This document shows positions 9,096 to 17,754 of a stretch of DNA of 64,000 nt, piece after piece. The notes beneath the pieces were generated by a model, which saw nothing but the letters and a program-made list of their open reading frames with translations, did not search any database and was not told where the DNA came from. Origin of the DNA: Alphaproteobacteria bacterium (lineage in GTDB: Bacteria; Pseudomonadota; Alphaproteobacteria; Rhodobacterales; Rhodobacteraceae). The stretch is from the NCBI GenBank assembly GCA_013151335.1, contig JAADIJ010000042.1, positions 6,480 through 70,479 of the forward strand, in the 5' to 3' direction. The first letter of the stretch is position 1. Each line of letters starts with the position of its first letter. A program made the translations under genes and the position numbers.

Positions 9096-10792
9096 CAGCG
9101 CACCGCATAGGGTTTGGCGGGCGAAACAGGCTGGTCGCTCTGGCGCCCCAGCGGGAAATCACCGACCGAATGGGGGTTCATCCCCTCGTTTTTCAGCTTT
9201 TGCACGAACTGCCCAAAACCAGTCAGATCGGCCATTTTCGGCACTTCGGTCAATTTCCGGCTGGCGGTCGGATCAACCCCGTCAAGGATGGTTTGCAAGA
9301 TCGGCATCGGCGTCTCCACAAACTCCGCCAGCGACCAGATATTGACATGCGCACGCACCTCGTGTTGGCGCAGCCAGTTCACATGCCGCGCCTCAATCGA
9401 CTGATAGCGCGCCGCGACCCGACGGACCCGCTGAAAGTTTAATTTAGAGTGAAACAGCGGCACAGCCCACGCGCCGGTGATGACAAAAAAGCTGGCATTG
9501 GGGTCACCACTGGCAAAGCCCGAGATATCCTGACGGTCAGCAGGACCGAACTGAAAGCTCTGATGCTCGCCTTGCGTATTCCAGATCAGGCTGGCAAGAA
9601 ACTTCTCCGGGTTGTAGTCGCGCAACTTTGCGCTGTTAGCCAAGCACCCGTTGTAAATCGTTGCATTTCCAGCAAATTTCACCGTTCGCTTGTTAAATAA
9701 ATGGCCATGAACCCGCGTCCCTGTCCGCTTTTCCAACCACGTTTCAAAGTTGGAAAATAGATCGCTGAACCCCTCAAAAACACTGTAGGACGCGCAGGTC
9801 CGTGGCAGGTTCCACAGATGCGCTTTGGGAAAGCGGCTCTGCATTTGCAAACCATCGCGCCCGTTCAAACGCTTGTCGATGGCCTTGGCGAAAATCTTGT
9901 CGAGCTTGCGCGGATTAGGTTCGATCCGCGCGAGTTTCTTCAAATCTCCCCCCAAAAACTCGCGATAAAGTAGGTTGGCTCGGGGCCAGATCTTGCGCGC
10001 AACGAAACAATCCGAGCGCTGCAACAGTTGCAAATGATCCTCGTAAAACACATGCGGTTTTCCCTGAAAATCAAACCGTGACAGGGTTAGCGAGCGGCTT
10101 TCGATCATGGTTGAATGTTTGCGCACAAGTGTTTGAAAATAGGCCTCGTCAGGGATCCAGACTGTGCTGAAATAGCTGTCATAAACCTCGCGATCCGGGT
10201 CGGTCAAAATCGCCTCAAGCGTCTCGCGCGTCAAACACCACCATTGCGATCCAAGATGCGGCCGCACCCCCTCGGGAATGGCCCGACTGATCCCCAATCG
10301 ACGTTGCAGCTTGACGTAACCATCAAAAATCCGCCGCCGACGCTTCCACGAAAACGGAAACCGCAGCGTAAACCGCTCAAGATCAAGGCCGCCAACCGTC
10401 CAGGTCACCTCTTGCGTGGTGACAGATTCGATGAAATCGGTGCCGGCGTGCTTGTCGAGATAAGCGTTCATCTCTTCCAACGGACGCAGCGGCAGACAAG
10501 AGCCGCTGGCGAGAAAAACGTGACTAATATCGTCGGAATTGCTCAGCAACAGGGTCGCCGCGTCCAAAGTTGCCGACACGATCGAGAACCGACCCCATTC
10601 ACATGCCCGCCGTTCGACAAACCGGATATTGTCAAACCGCGCCAACCCATCCTGCAACTCGCGATAATCTTCGTCATCGGCGCGCGCATCCACATGGATC
10701 ACCACAGGACTGCGCCGCTGCGCCCAATACCCCGCAACCTGCGCCACCCGATCCAGATGCTCATGCGCCAATATGATGAACCCAACCGCCAT
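9095..10792 (-). CDS. GT14 (core-2/I-branching, 'Branch' domain)-like glycosyltransferase with an uncharacterised ~300-aa C-terminal half
   Basis: 565 aa. N-half motifs FIILAHEHLDRV, FLASGSCLPLRPLEEM and GSQWWCLTRETLEAIL resemble Branch-domain enzymes. I recognise no catalytic motif in residues ~270-565. Confidence 0.65.
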   Translation of the reverse strand: MAVGFIILAHEHLDRVAQVAGYWAQRRSPVVIHVDARADDEDYRELQDGLARFDNIRFVERRACEWGRFSIVSATLDAATLLLSNSDDISHVFLASGSCLPLRPLEEMNAYLDKHAGTDFIESVTTQEVTWTVGGLDLERFTLRFPFSWKRRRRIFDGYVKLQRRLGISRAIPEGVRPHLGSQWWCLTRETLEAILTDPDREVYDSYFSTVWIPDEAYFQTLVRKHSTMIESRSLTLSRFDFQGKPHVFYEDHLQLLQRSDCFVARKIWPRANLLYREFLGGDLKKLARIEPNPRKLDKIFAKAIDKRLNGRDGLQMQSRFPKAHLWNLPRTCASYSVFEGFSDLFSNFETWLEKRTGTRVHGHLFNKRTVKFAGNATIYNGCLANSAKLRDYNPEKFLASLIWNTQGEHQSFQFGPADRQDISGFASGDPNASFFVITGAWAVPLFHSKLNFQRVRRVAARYQSIEARHVNWLRQHEVRAHVNIWSLAEFVETPMPILQTILDGVDPTASRKLTEVPKMADLTGFGQFVQKLKNEGMNPHSVGDFPLGRQSDQPVSPAKPYAVR

Positions 10793-10798
10793 GACGCC

Positions 10799-11818
10799 TT
10801 AGATCCAGTTGCCCTTGGACATCAGCCCAAGGATCTCAAGCTGTCGCCAATTGATGTATTTCTCTGACCATTTGCACCACAGGCTCGGATTTTGACGCAT
10901 ACCCTTCTTGTAAGCCTTATATTCAAAACTATCCGCAAAGTGTTGTTTTCGCTTACTTTCTTCCTCGGCCTTGGCCTCGAAGCTATTAAGAAACTTGGCG
11001 TGCATCAAACAGCCAGAGGCCATTTCGCCGCCGGTTTCGCTGAAGGTCATGTTAAGGCCACGCGGCAAAAGCGTGTGGGTCGAGCTGACATAAATATTTC
11101 TGCGCGACCATTTCACCAGCGGGATTTTGTTCAAGGCCGGTGCGCGTTCCGGCGCGTTGGGGAAAAATGCGCGCGCGCGTGGCCCGCCCTGTATCCACAG
11201 ATTGCCATATTTCTTATTGCGTGAAATCATGTAGTTGCCCGCGTCAAAATACTCGGCAACCTCCATCGGGTTCTGGCCCTCGTGATACTCGGTCTCGTTG
11301 ACGGATTTTTTGGGATAGATATCGACCAGCATCGCCGCGAATGAGCGAACCTTGGAGGAATCGAGCCAGTCTGTCAGCGCCGCCAATGGCCGTGTGTCGC
11401 AAAACGGATAGACGAAAAATTCGTCCACATCGACCACCAGCGTCCAACGGTCATGACCATATTTGCTCAACAGCCAGTTGAGCCAATCCATGCCGAAATG
11501 AGCGCTCTTATAACTGGCAGTCGTGCCCCAAACCGAGGCATCCGATTGCTCGGCCAGATATTCCCTGCTGCCATCGTCAGAGCCATTATCCACGAATAAA
11601 AAATGCCCGACCCCGAGATTGCGGTAATATTCCATGAAAAACGGCAGCCGCACCCGTTCATTTCGCAACGTGCAAAACAACAAGATATCATCCGCGCGCA
11701 GATCGGCCGTACGGTTAACAACGCCGTTCAGCTCCCTGCTTTTTCGCAAAGCCCGAACTCGTCGCTTTTTCCGCTCAAGCCTGAGTTTGTAAGAACTCAA
11801 CAGACCCACAAGCCGCAC
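10799..11818 (-). CDS. Glycosyltransferase family 2-like protein (paralogue A)
   Basis: 339 aa. FLFVDNGSDDGSREYL (GT2 DxD-region) and VVDVDEFF. Basic N-terminus KLRLERKKRRVRALRK. Roughly half the residues match ORF 12084..13112 by eye. The start codon is uncertain (GTG 11818 or 11809). Confidence 0.7.
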   Translation of the reverse strand: MRLVGLLSSYKLRLERKKRRVRALRKSRELNGVVNRTADLRADDILLFCTLRNERVRLPFFMEYYRNLGVGHFLFVDNGSDDGSREYLAEQSDASVWGTTASYKSAHFGMDWLNWLLSKYGHDRWTLVVDVDEFFVYPFCDTRPLAALTDWLDSSKVRSFAAMLVDIYPKKSVNETEYHEGQNPMEVAEYFDAGNYMISRNKKYGNLWIQGGPRARAFFPNAPERAPALNKIPLVKWSRRNIYVSSTHTLLPRGLNMTFSETGGEMASGCLMHAKFLNSFEAKAEEESKRKQHFADSFEYKAYKKGMRQNPSLWCKWSEKYINWRQLEILGLMSKGNWI

Positions 11819-12083
11819 CTTTCCTCAACACACACCAAAACTCCCGCAATTATGCAGACAGTCTCGCAGACGAATCTGAAGATATGGTCAAACTGCTCAA
11901 TCCGGCCTGAAATACTTTCAGACCCGCCCCCGCATTTGCCTCAACGCTCCTGATCCCCGTTTATGACTTGTCCGCCCGAGAATTCATTTGGCCCGAAGAT
12001 ATGAGTTATCCACAATCAAGTAAAGTCACCAAACCACCGAGGCCACTCGATAATCACCATTAAACCAAGGGATTATGGCCCTA

Positions 12084-13112
12084 TTATGGCCGCCAGTCGC
12101 CCTGCGACATCAGCCCCAGCTCGGCCAGTTGCTGCCAGCCCTCATAGTGTAGCGAAGCCTCGCACCACATATCCGGGTTTGCCATCAAGCCGTCGTAATA
12201 GTGGTCATAGCGGCTGCTATAGGTGAAATGCTCTTGGCGCTGTTTTTCCTCGCGGGATTTGTCAATCACCACATGCAGAAATTTGCTGTGCAGCAACACG
12301 CCGGTAGGCGGGTTTTGCGCTGATTGACCGAACACCTTATTAAGGCGACGCGGCAAAATGGCGTGGGTCGAGCTGACATAGGCAAAGCGCCGGTTCCATT
12401 TGACCAACGGGATTTTGTTGAGATGCGGCGCATGGCTCGGCTCGTTCGGGAAAAACACCCGCCCGCGAACGCCGCCCTGCACCGACAGATAATAAGTCCG
12501 ATCCTGCATTTTGGAGATATAATCATCGTGATCAAACCAGCACAAAATCTCGAACGGGTTCTGACCCGAGCGATAAATCTGCCGATCAAGTCGCCCTTTT
12601 GGATACATATCAAGCATCAAAGCCCCAAAAGACGGGATCGAGCGCGCGTCGAGCCAGCCCGTTAACGCCCGCAACGGGCGCGTCTCGTTGTCAGGATAAA
12701 CGAGGATTTCATCGGCATCGACACTCAGACACCAATGCCCGTGACCATGGCGAATTTGCAACCAAGTCAGCCAATCGACCCCGAACCGCGACTTTTTGTA
12801 GCTGTGAGTGCTGCCCCAAACCGACACATCCGGCTGCTCGGCCAGGTATTCGCGCGTGCCGTCATCGCTGTTATTGTCGACAATAAGAAAATGCTCAACG
12901 CCAAGCGCACGGTAATGTTTGAGGAAAAACGGCAGCCGCAAAATCTCGTTGCGAACGGTTGAAAAGCCCAAAATAGCGTCGCGCGTAATCTGCCTAGTCC
13001 GGTTGCGCACCACCGAAAGCTGGTGGCGCTTTCTAAGCGCGCGCCACAGCAACCACCGCCGTTTCAAACGCAGCTTATAGGCCATCCAGAGTTTGGAGGA
13101 GGTGCTTTGCAT
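12084..13112 (-). CDS. Glycosyltransferase family 2-like protein (paralogue B)
   Basis: 342 aa. FLIVDNNSDDGTREYL and SVDADEIL. Basic N-terminus KLRLKRRWLLWRALRKR. ATG at 13112, with an alternative ATG at 13085. Confidence 0.7.
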   Translation of the reverse strand: MQSTSSKLWMAYKLRLKRRWLLWRALRKRHQLSVVRNRTRQITRDAILGFSTVRNEILRLPFFLKHYRALGVEHFLIVDNNSDDGTREYLAEQPDVSVWGSTHSYKKSRFGVDWLTWLQIRHGHGHWCLSVDADEILVYPDNETRPLRALTGWLDARSIPSFGALMLDMYPKGRLDRQIYRSGQNPFEILCWFDHDDYISKMQDRTYYLSVQGGVRGRVFFPNEPSHAPHLNKIPLVKWNRRFAYVSSTHAILPRRLNKVFGQSAQNPPTGVLLHSKFLHVVIDKSREEKQRQEHFTYSSRYDHYYDGLMANPDMWCEASLHYEGWQQLAELGLMSQGDWRP

Positions 13113-13128
13113 TACTCAATTCCTGCGC

Positions 13129-14118
13129 TCAACCCTCGTAATGCCCCGATTGATGCCACCGCCACGCATCGCCAATCATCTGCGCCATATCAGAGCGATC
13201 AGGGCTCCACCCCAGCTCGGCCTTAGCCCGCTGACTGGCGCTGACCAGCTTGGTACAATCCCCGGCCCGGCGCAGACCCAGCACATGAGGGATTTCGCGA
13301 TTGGTCACACTCCCCGCCTGATCCATCACCTCTTTGACAGAAAAGCCACTGCCCGTGCCAAGATTAAACACCCGCCCGCCCTTGCCAGCAAGCAGCCATT
13401 CCAGCCCCAGAATATGCGCGTCAACCAGATCGCTGACATGGACATAATCGCGAATACAGGTGCCATCCGGCGTGTCATAATCCGTGCCAAAAATCGTCAA
13501 CGCATCACGCCGCCCGATAATCGAGTCAAGTATAAGCGGCACAAGATGCGTCTCCGGTCGATGAAACTCGCCAATTTCAGCCTCGGGATCGGCCCCGGCC
13601 ACGTTGAAATAACGAAAAATCACATTGGTCATGCCGTCGCTGGCCGCGAAATTCCCCAGCATGTCCTCGATCGCCTTTTTGCTAGAGCCATAGGCGTTGA
13701 TCGGCTGTTGCACGCATGTCTCGTCCAACATCACCCCGTCTTGCTCGCCATACGTGGCACAGGTTGACGAAAACACCATATTCTTGCAATCCGCCGCAAC
13801 CATCGCCTCGATCAGCGCCAGTGAGCCGGCCACATTGTCGTGCCAATAACGCCCCGGCTCGCGCATGGATTGGGCCACATCCGACAGGCCACCAAAATGC
13901 ATCACCGCCAGCGGTTGGTATTTCTCAAACACCTGATCAAGCCGCACGCGATCCGTTAAATCGCCCTGTTCCAAAGGCCCGAACTTAACCGCATCTGCCC
14001 AACCCGTGCTAAGATTATCATAGGTTACAGGACAAAAACCCGCTTGTTTCAACGCCTTACAAGCATGAGAGCCGATATACCCAGCGCCGCCCGTAACCAA
14101 AATATTACGTGTTTTCAT
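13129..14118 (-). CDS. galE: UDP-glucose 4-epimerase
   Basis: Rossmann VTGGAGYIGSH and catalytic YGSSK (YxxxK). 329 aa. Confidence 0.92.
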   Translation of the reverse strand: MKTRNILVTGGAGYIGSHACKALKQAGFCPVTYDNLSTGWADAVKFGPLEQGDLTDRVRLDQVFEKYQPLAVMHFGGLSDVAQSMREPGRYWHDNVAGSLALIEAMVAADCKNMVFSSTCATYGEQDGVMLDETCVQQPINAYGSSKKAIEDMLGNFAASDGMTNVIFRYFNVAGADPEAEIGEFHRPETHLVPLILDSIIGRRDALTIFGTDYDTPDGTCIRDYVHVSDLVDAHILGLEWLLAGKGGRVFNLGTGSGFSVKEVMDQAGSVTNREIPHVLGLRRAGDCTKLVSASQRAKAELGWSPDRSDMAQMIGDAWRWHQSGHYEG

Positions 14119-14139
14119 GATATCCCCAAATATCCCAGA

Positions 14140-15036
14140 TTATTCCGCCGCGCCACCCGAGGCCACCAGATCGCGTAAAAATGCTCCGAACTCGTCGCGC
14201 AGATCCTCACGCGCCAGACCAAACGCCACCGTCGCCTTCAAAAATCCAGCCTTAGAGCCGCAATCAAACCGCCGCCCGTCAAACCGATAGCCATAAACAT
14301 TGTCCGAAACCTCGATCTCATGCGCAATCGCGTCGGTTAGCTGAATTTCCCCGCCAGAGCCGATCATTTTTTGCCCAAGGTTTTTCAAAATATTCGGCGT
14401 CAGAATATAACGACCAATCACCGCCATATTAGACGGCTCCTGCCCCGGAGCGGGCTTTTCAACCATGCCTTTCACCGACATAAGCTTGCCGATTTCCCCG
14501 CGCACATCCAGCAACCCATAAGAGCCAGCCTCGCTCGCAGGCACCTCCATCGTCGCCACCATATTGCCGCCGATTTCCTGATAAGCGTCGATCATCTGCT
14601 TCAGACACGGCGTATCGGCGGAAATAACGTCGTCGGGCAGGATCACCGCGAACGGCTCGTTGTTGCGCATCAATCGGCGCGCGCACCAAACCGCATGACC
14701 CAGACCCAGCGGCTCTCGTTGGCGAATATAGGCAATCTCGCCGCTTTCCATCGTTGTGCGTTTTAGCGCCTGAAGCATCTCTTTTTTGTTTTGTTTTCTG
14801 AGACTTGTCTCAAGTATTGGGGCAGCGTCGAAATAGTCCTCAAGCGCACCTTTGCCTCGTGATGTGACAAAAATGAACTCCTTGATCCCGGCCTCGCGCG
14901 CCTCGTCAATCGCGTATTGGATCAACGGGCGATCCACCAGCGACATGATCTCTTTGGGAATGGATTTGGTCGCAGGCAAAAACCGTGTGCCCAGACCGGC
15001 CACCGGCAATATCGCCTTGGTCACTTTATTACGCAT
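14140..15036 (-). CDS. galU: UTP-glucose-1-phosphate uridylyltransferase
   Basis: AILPVAGLGTRFLPATKSIPKE signature. I place the start at ATG 15036 (MRNKVTKA...); the ORF-track start 15063 is an upstream GTG. Confidence 0.92.
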   Translation of the reverse strand: MRNKVTKAILPVAGLGTRFLPATKSIPKEIMSLVDRPLIQYAIDEAREAGIKEFIFVTSRGKGALEDYFDAAPILETSLRKQNKKEMLQALKRTTMESGEIAYIRQREPLGLGHAVWCARRLMRNNEPFAVILPDDVISADTPCLKQMIDAYQEIGGNMVATMEVPASEAGSYGLLDVRGEIGKLMSVKGMVEKPAPGQEPSNMAVIGRYILTPNILKNLGQKMIGSGGEIQLTDAIAHEIEVSDNVYGYRFDGRRFDCGSKAGFLKATVAFGLAREDLRDEFGAFLRDLVASGGAAE

Positions 15037-15130
15037 GTTTTCCCACCAATCCAATGCAGGCACTTGCCTGATTTACCGTTACCAAAGCGTTAATATTTCA
15101 GAAATGCGGAGTAAATATGGCCAAGACGTC

Positions 15131-15931
15131 TCAAGCAACCCCCATCTCCGCCAGCTTTCGCTCAATCCTCGGCACATCCTCGGGGTTGTTCAGCTCCCAA
15201 AACGCGCGCCCCTTACCGTCAACCTCGACACATTGCACCGGCCAACCGTTCTCCATAAACCGAAGCTGCTCCAGCCCCTCAAAGGTTTCCAGCGGGCCAG
15301 CTTTCCAGCCAAGATACGCATCAAGCGCTGCCGGTCGATAGGCGTAAACCCCCACATGATGAAACACCGGCACTTGCTCGTTTGCCCCAAAATCGCGCCC
15401 TGTAAACGGGATCACTTCCTTGCTGAAATAAAGCGCGCGACCCTTGCCATCAAACACCGCTGTCGTGCCGCCAACACGGTCATTGCGACGATCCTCGCGA
15501 AAGCCCGCAAGCGCCTCCACATCGCAGCGAAGCACCGGCGTCGCCACCTGAATTTCGGGGTTTTCTTGCATCGCGCTCACCAAATCTTCGACAAACCAAT
15601 GGGGCGTCAGCGGCGCATCTCCTTGCAAATTAACCACGATATCATAAGGCTGTCCCAGCCGCGAAAGCGCATCAGCGCAGCGTTCGGTCCCATTGCCGCA
15701 CTCTTCAGACGTCATGATAACATCGGCTCCGAAGTCTTTGGAAGCGTTGTATATTCTCTCATCATCCGTGGCGACCACGACCCTATCAATACCGGCAACA
15801 CTAACGGCAGCCTCCCAGCTTCGACGGATCAAGGTTTTGGCCTCGCCCCTCGCCCCTCGAAGCGCCACCAACGGCTTGCCGGGGTATCGACTAGAGGCAT
15901 AGCGCGCGGGGATGACGATCAGAACGCTCAT
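15131..15931 (-). CDS. kdsB: 3-deoxy-manno-octulosonate cytidylyltransferase (CMP-Kdo synthetase)
   Basis: N-terminus MSVLIVIPARYASSRYPGKPL. 266 aa. Confidence 0.9.
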   Translation of the reverse strand: MSVLIVIPARYASSRYPGKPLVALRGARGEAKTLIRRSWEAAVSVAGIDRVVVATDDERIYNASKDFGADVIMTSEECGNGTERCADALSRLGQPYDIVVNLQGDAPLTPHWFVEDLVSAMQENPEIQVATPVLRCDVEALAGFREDRRNDRVGGTTAVFDGKGRALYFSKEVIPFTGRDFGANEQVPVFHHVGVYAYRPAALDAYLGWKAGPLETFEGLEQLRFMENGWPVQCVEVDGKGRAFWELNNPEDVPRIERKLAEMGVA

Positions 15932-15934
15932 CCC

Positions 15935-16717
15935 TTAAGGTGCCTTCAATTCAACGCCGGGTGCGTAGGCGATGAAAAACGGATTGGCATAATCCGGCTT
16001 GCCATAAGCCAGCGTGGTGTGATCGTCAAACCGAACCACCTGCCCACCTGCACCCGATAAAACCGCATGACCCGCTGCCGTGTCCCACTCCATCGTGCGG
16101 CCGAGTCGCGGGTAAAGATCAGCCTCGCCCGTGGCCACAAGACAGAACTTCAACGACGAACCGGCACTAGCGCTATCCTTGAGCGCATATTTGTTAATAT
16201 AGTCGTCAGTCGCCTGATCGCGGTGCGATTTAGAGGCCACCACCACCAACCCCTGATTGTCCGGCTTCGCCACATGGATTGGCGCTGTCGGCCCGATCTT
16301 GTCCACACTATGCGCACCACTTTCCTCGACCGATTGCCCGTCAGCATCGGTATAAAACAGCCGTTTTCGTGCAGGCGCGTAAACCACGCCCCGAATGGGC
16401 ACACCGTTTTCCACATAGGCGATATTGACGGTAAAATCACCGCGCCGCTTGATAAACTCCTTGGTGCCATCGAGCGGATCAACGATGACAAAGGTGTTGC
16501 CGCGAACCTGATGTGTGTCTGATTGCTCCTCCGTCACCAGCACCATATCGGGAAACGCCGCTCGAATTCCCGCCGAGATCAGCGCATCCGCTGCCTCATC
16601 CGCTGCCGTGACCGGACTGTTGTCGGACTTTGAGCGGATATCAAAATCATCACTCTCATAGACCTCCATGATCTTGGCACCGGCTTGCAAAGCCAATGCG
16701 CGAAACACCTCTGTCAT
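15935..16717 (-). CDS. cysQ: 3'(2'),5'-bisphosphate nucleotidase (PAP phosphatase)
   Basis: IMPase-fold motifs VDPLDGTKEF and WDTAAGHAVL. N-terminus MTEVFRALALQAGAKIMEVYE aligns with CysQ-type starts. The ORF-track start 16741 is GTG. Confidence 0.85.
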   Translation of the reverse strand: MTEVFRALALQAGAKIMEVYESDDFDIRSKSDNSPVTAADEAADALISAGIRAAFPDMVLVTEEQSDTHQVRGNTFVIVDPLDGTKEFIKRRGDFTVNIAYVENGVPIRGVVYAPARKRLFYTDADGQSVEESGAHSVDKIGPTAPIHVAKPDNQGLVVVASKSHRDQATDDYINKYALKDSASAGSSLKFCLVATGEADLYPRLGRTMEWDTAAGHAVLSGAGGQVVRFDDHTTLAYGKPDYANPFFIAYAPGVELKAP

Positions 16718-16902
16718 GTGGCTAAAGTCCAACTCGACCACCTCCCGAAACTGTGAATTTCGACCTTGTCGCCGAATTCTTGATATTTTTTCCTATCGCT
16801 CTTATGATGCGGCCTTAATCGAACAGCAAGGTTTCAAACAATAAAATCAGGCGAAACCGAACCAGACCGGCCTTCAATCGGCCAAAACCACTACAGGCAG
16901 GT

Positions 16903-17727
16903 GTGATGCTTCAATACGAGAACCAGAATTCCGGCCTGTGGGCATTTGTGCGCATCTCTGATTTGCTCTATCACACAACCGTGCGGGTGGTGCGCAAGAC
17001 CAACCGCAATGCGCTGACCGGGCTTATCCAAAACATCCTGCAATCGGCGGTGCTGATCGCGGTATTTTACCTGATGTTTGCGTTTTTCGGCATTCGCAGC
17101 AGTGCGCTGCGCGGCGATTTTATGATTTATCTGATGACCGGAATTTTCCTGTTTTTGACCCACACCAAGACCATGGGCGCGGTTGTCGGCTCTGAAGGGC
17201 CAGCCTCGGCGATCATGAAACACGCACCGATGACCACTTTTATCAGTATCTCGTCGGCAGCTTTTGCCGCTCTTTACCTGCAAATTCTGTCGCTTGGGGT
17301 TATTTTATTTGTGTTTGACGTGGCCGTAAGACCTGTGGTGATCGAAGATCCCGCCGGTGTTTTTCTGGCCTTTATTATGGCTTGGCTCAGCGGAATTGCG
17401 ATCGGGCTTATCTTTCTGTCGATCAAGCCGTTCGCGCCAAATATCTCCTCGGTCGGGGTAATGATTTATTCGCGCGCCAATTTGATCTTTAGCGGCAAGA
17501 TGTTTGTCGCCAATCAGTTGCCCGCCTATATGCTGCCCTATTTCACTTGGAATCCACTGTTTCACACCATTGATCAGGCGCGCGGTGCGGCGTTCATCAA
17601 TTACACGCCACACGTGACTTCGATGATGTATCCTGTATACTTTAGTCTGGTGTTGTTGGTGATCGGCATGATGGCCGAGTTCTTTGCCCGCCAGAACGCC
17701 TCGGCCAGTGGAGAAGGAATGAAATAG
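16903..17727 (+). CDS. ABC-2 type polysaccharide export permease (KpsM-like)
   Basis: 274 aa with about 6 predicted TM segments. The WNPLFHTIDQARGAAF motif resembles KpsM WNPLVHVVE. No ABC ATPase gene is adjacent. Confidence 0.7.
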   Translation: MMLQYENQNSGLWAFVRISDLLYHTTVRVVRKTNRNALTGLIQNILQSAVLIAVFYLMFAFFGIRSSALRGDFMIYLMTGIFLFLTHTKTMGAVVGSEGPASAIMKHAPMTTFISISSAAFAALYLQILSLGVILFVFDVAVRPVVIEDPAGVFLAFIMAWLSGIAIGLIFLSIKPFAPNISSVGVMIYSRANLIFSGKMFVANQLPAYMLPYFTWNPLFHTIDQARGAAFINYTPHVTSMMYPVYFSLVLLVIGMMAEFFARQNASASGEGMK

Positions 17728-17754
17728 CCACCAACATTAACGAAGGATGCCAAC

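Noticed and set aside
12006-12014. Perfect DnaA box TTATCCACA in the GT2b-GT2a spacer
   Set aside because: It is a single isolated 9-mer with no neighbouring boxes or AT-rich tract. One exact occurrence on either strand in 64 kb is not far from chance expectation. It could still be a DnaA titration or regulatory site, but there is no supporting evidence.
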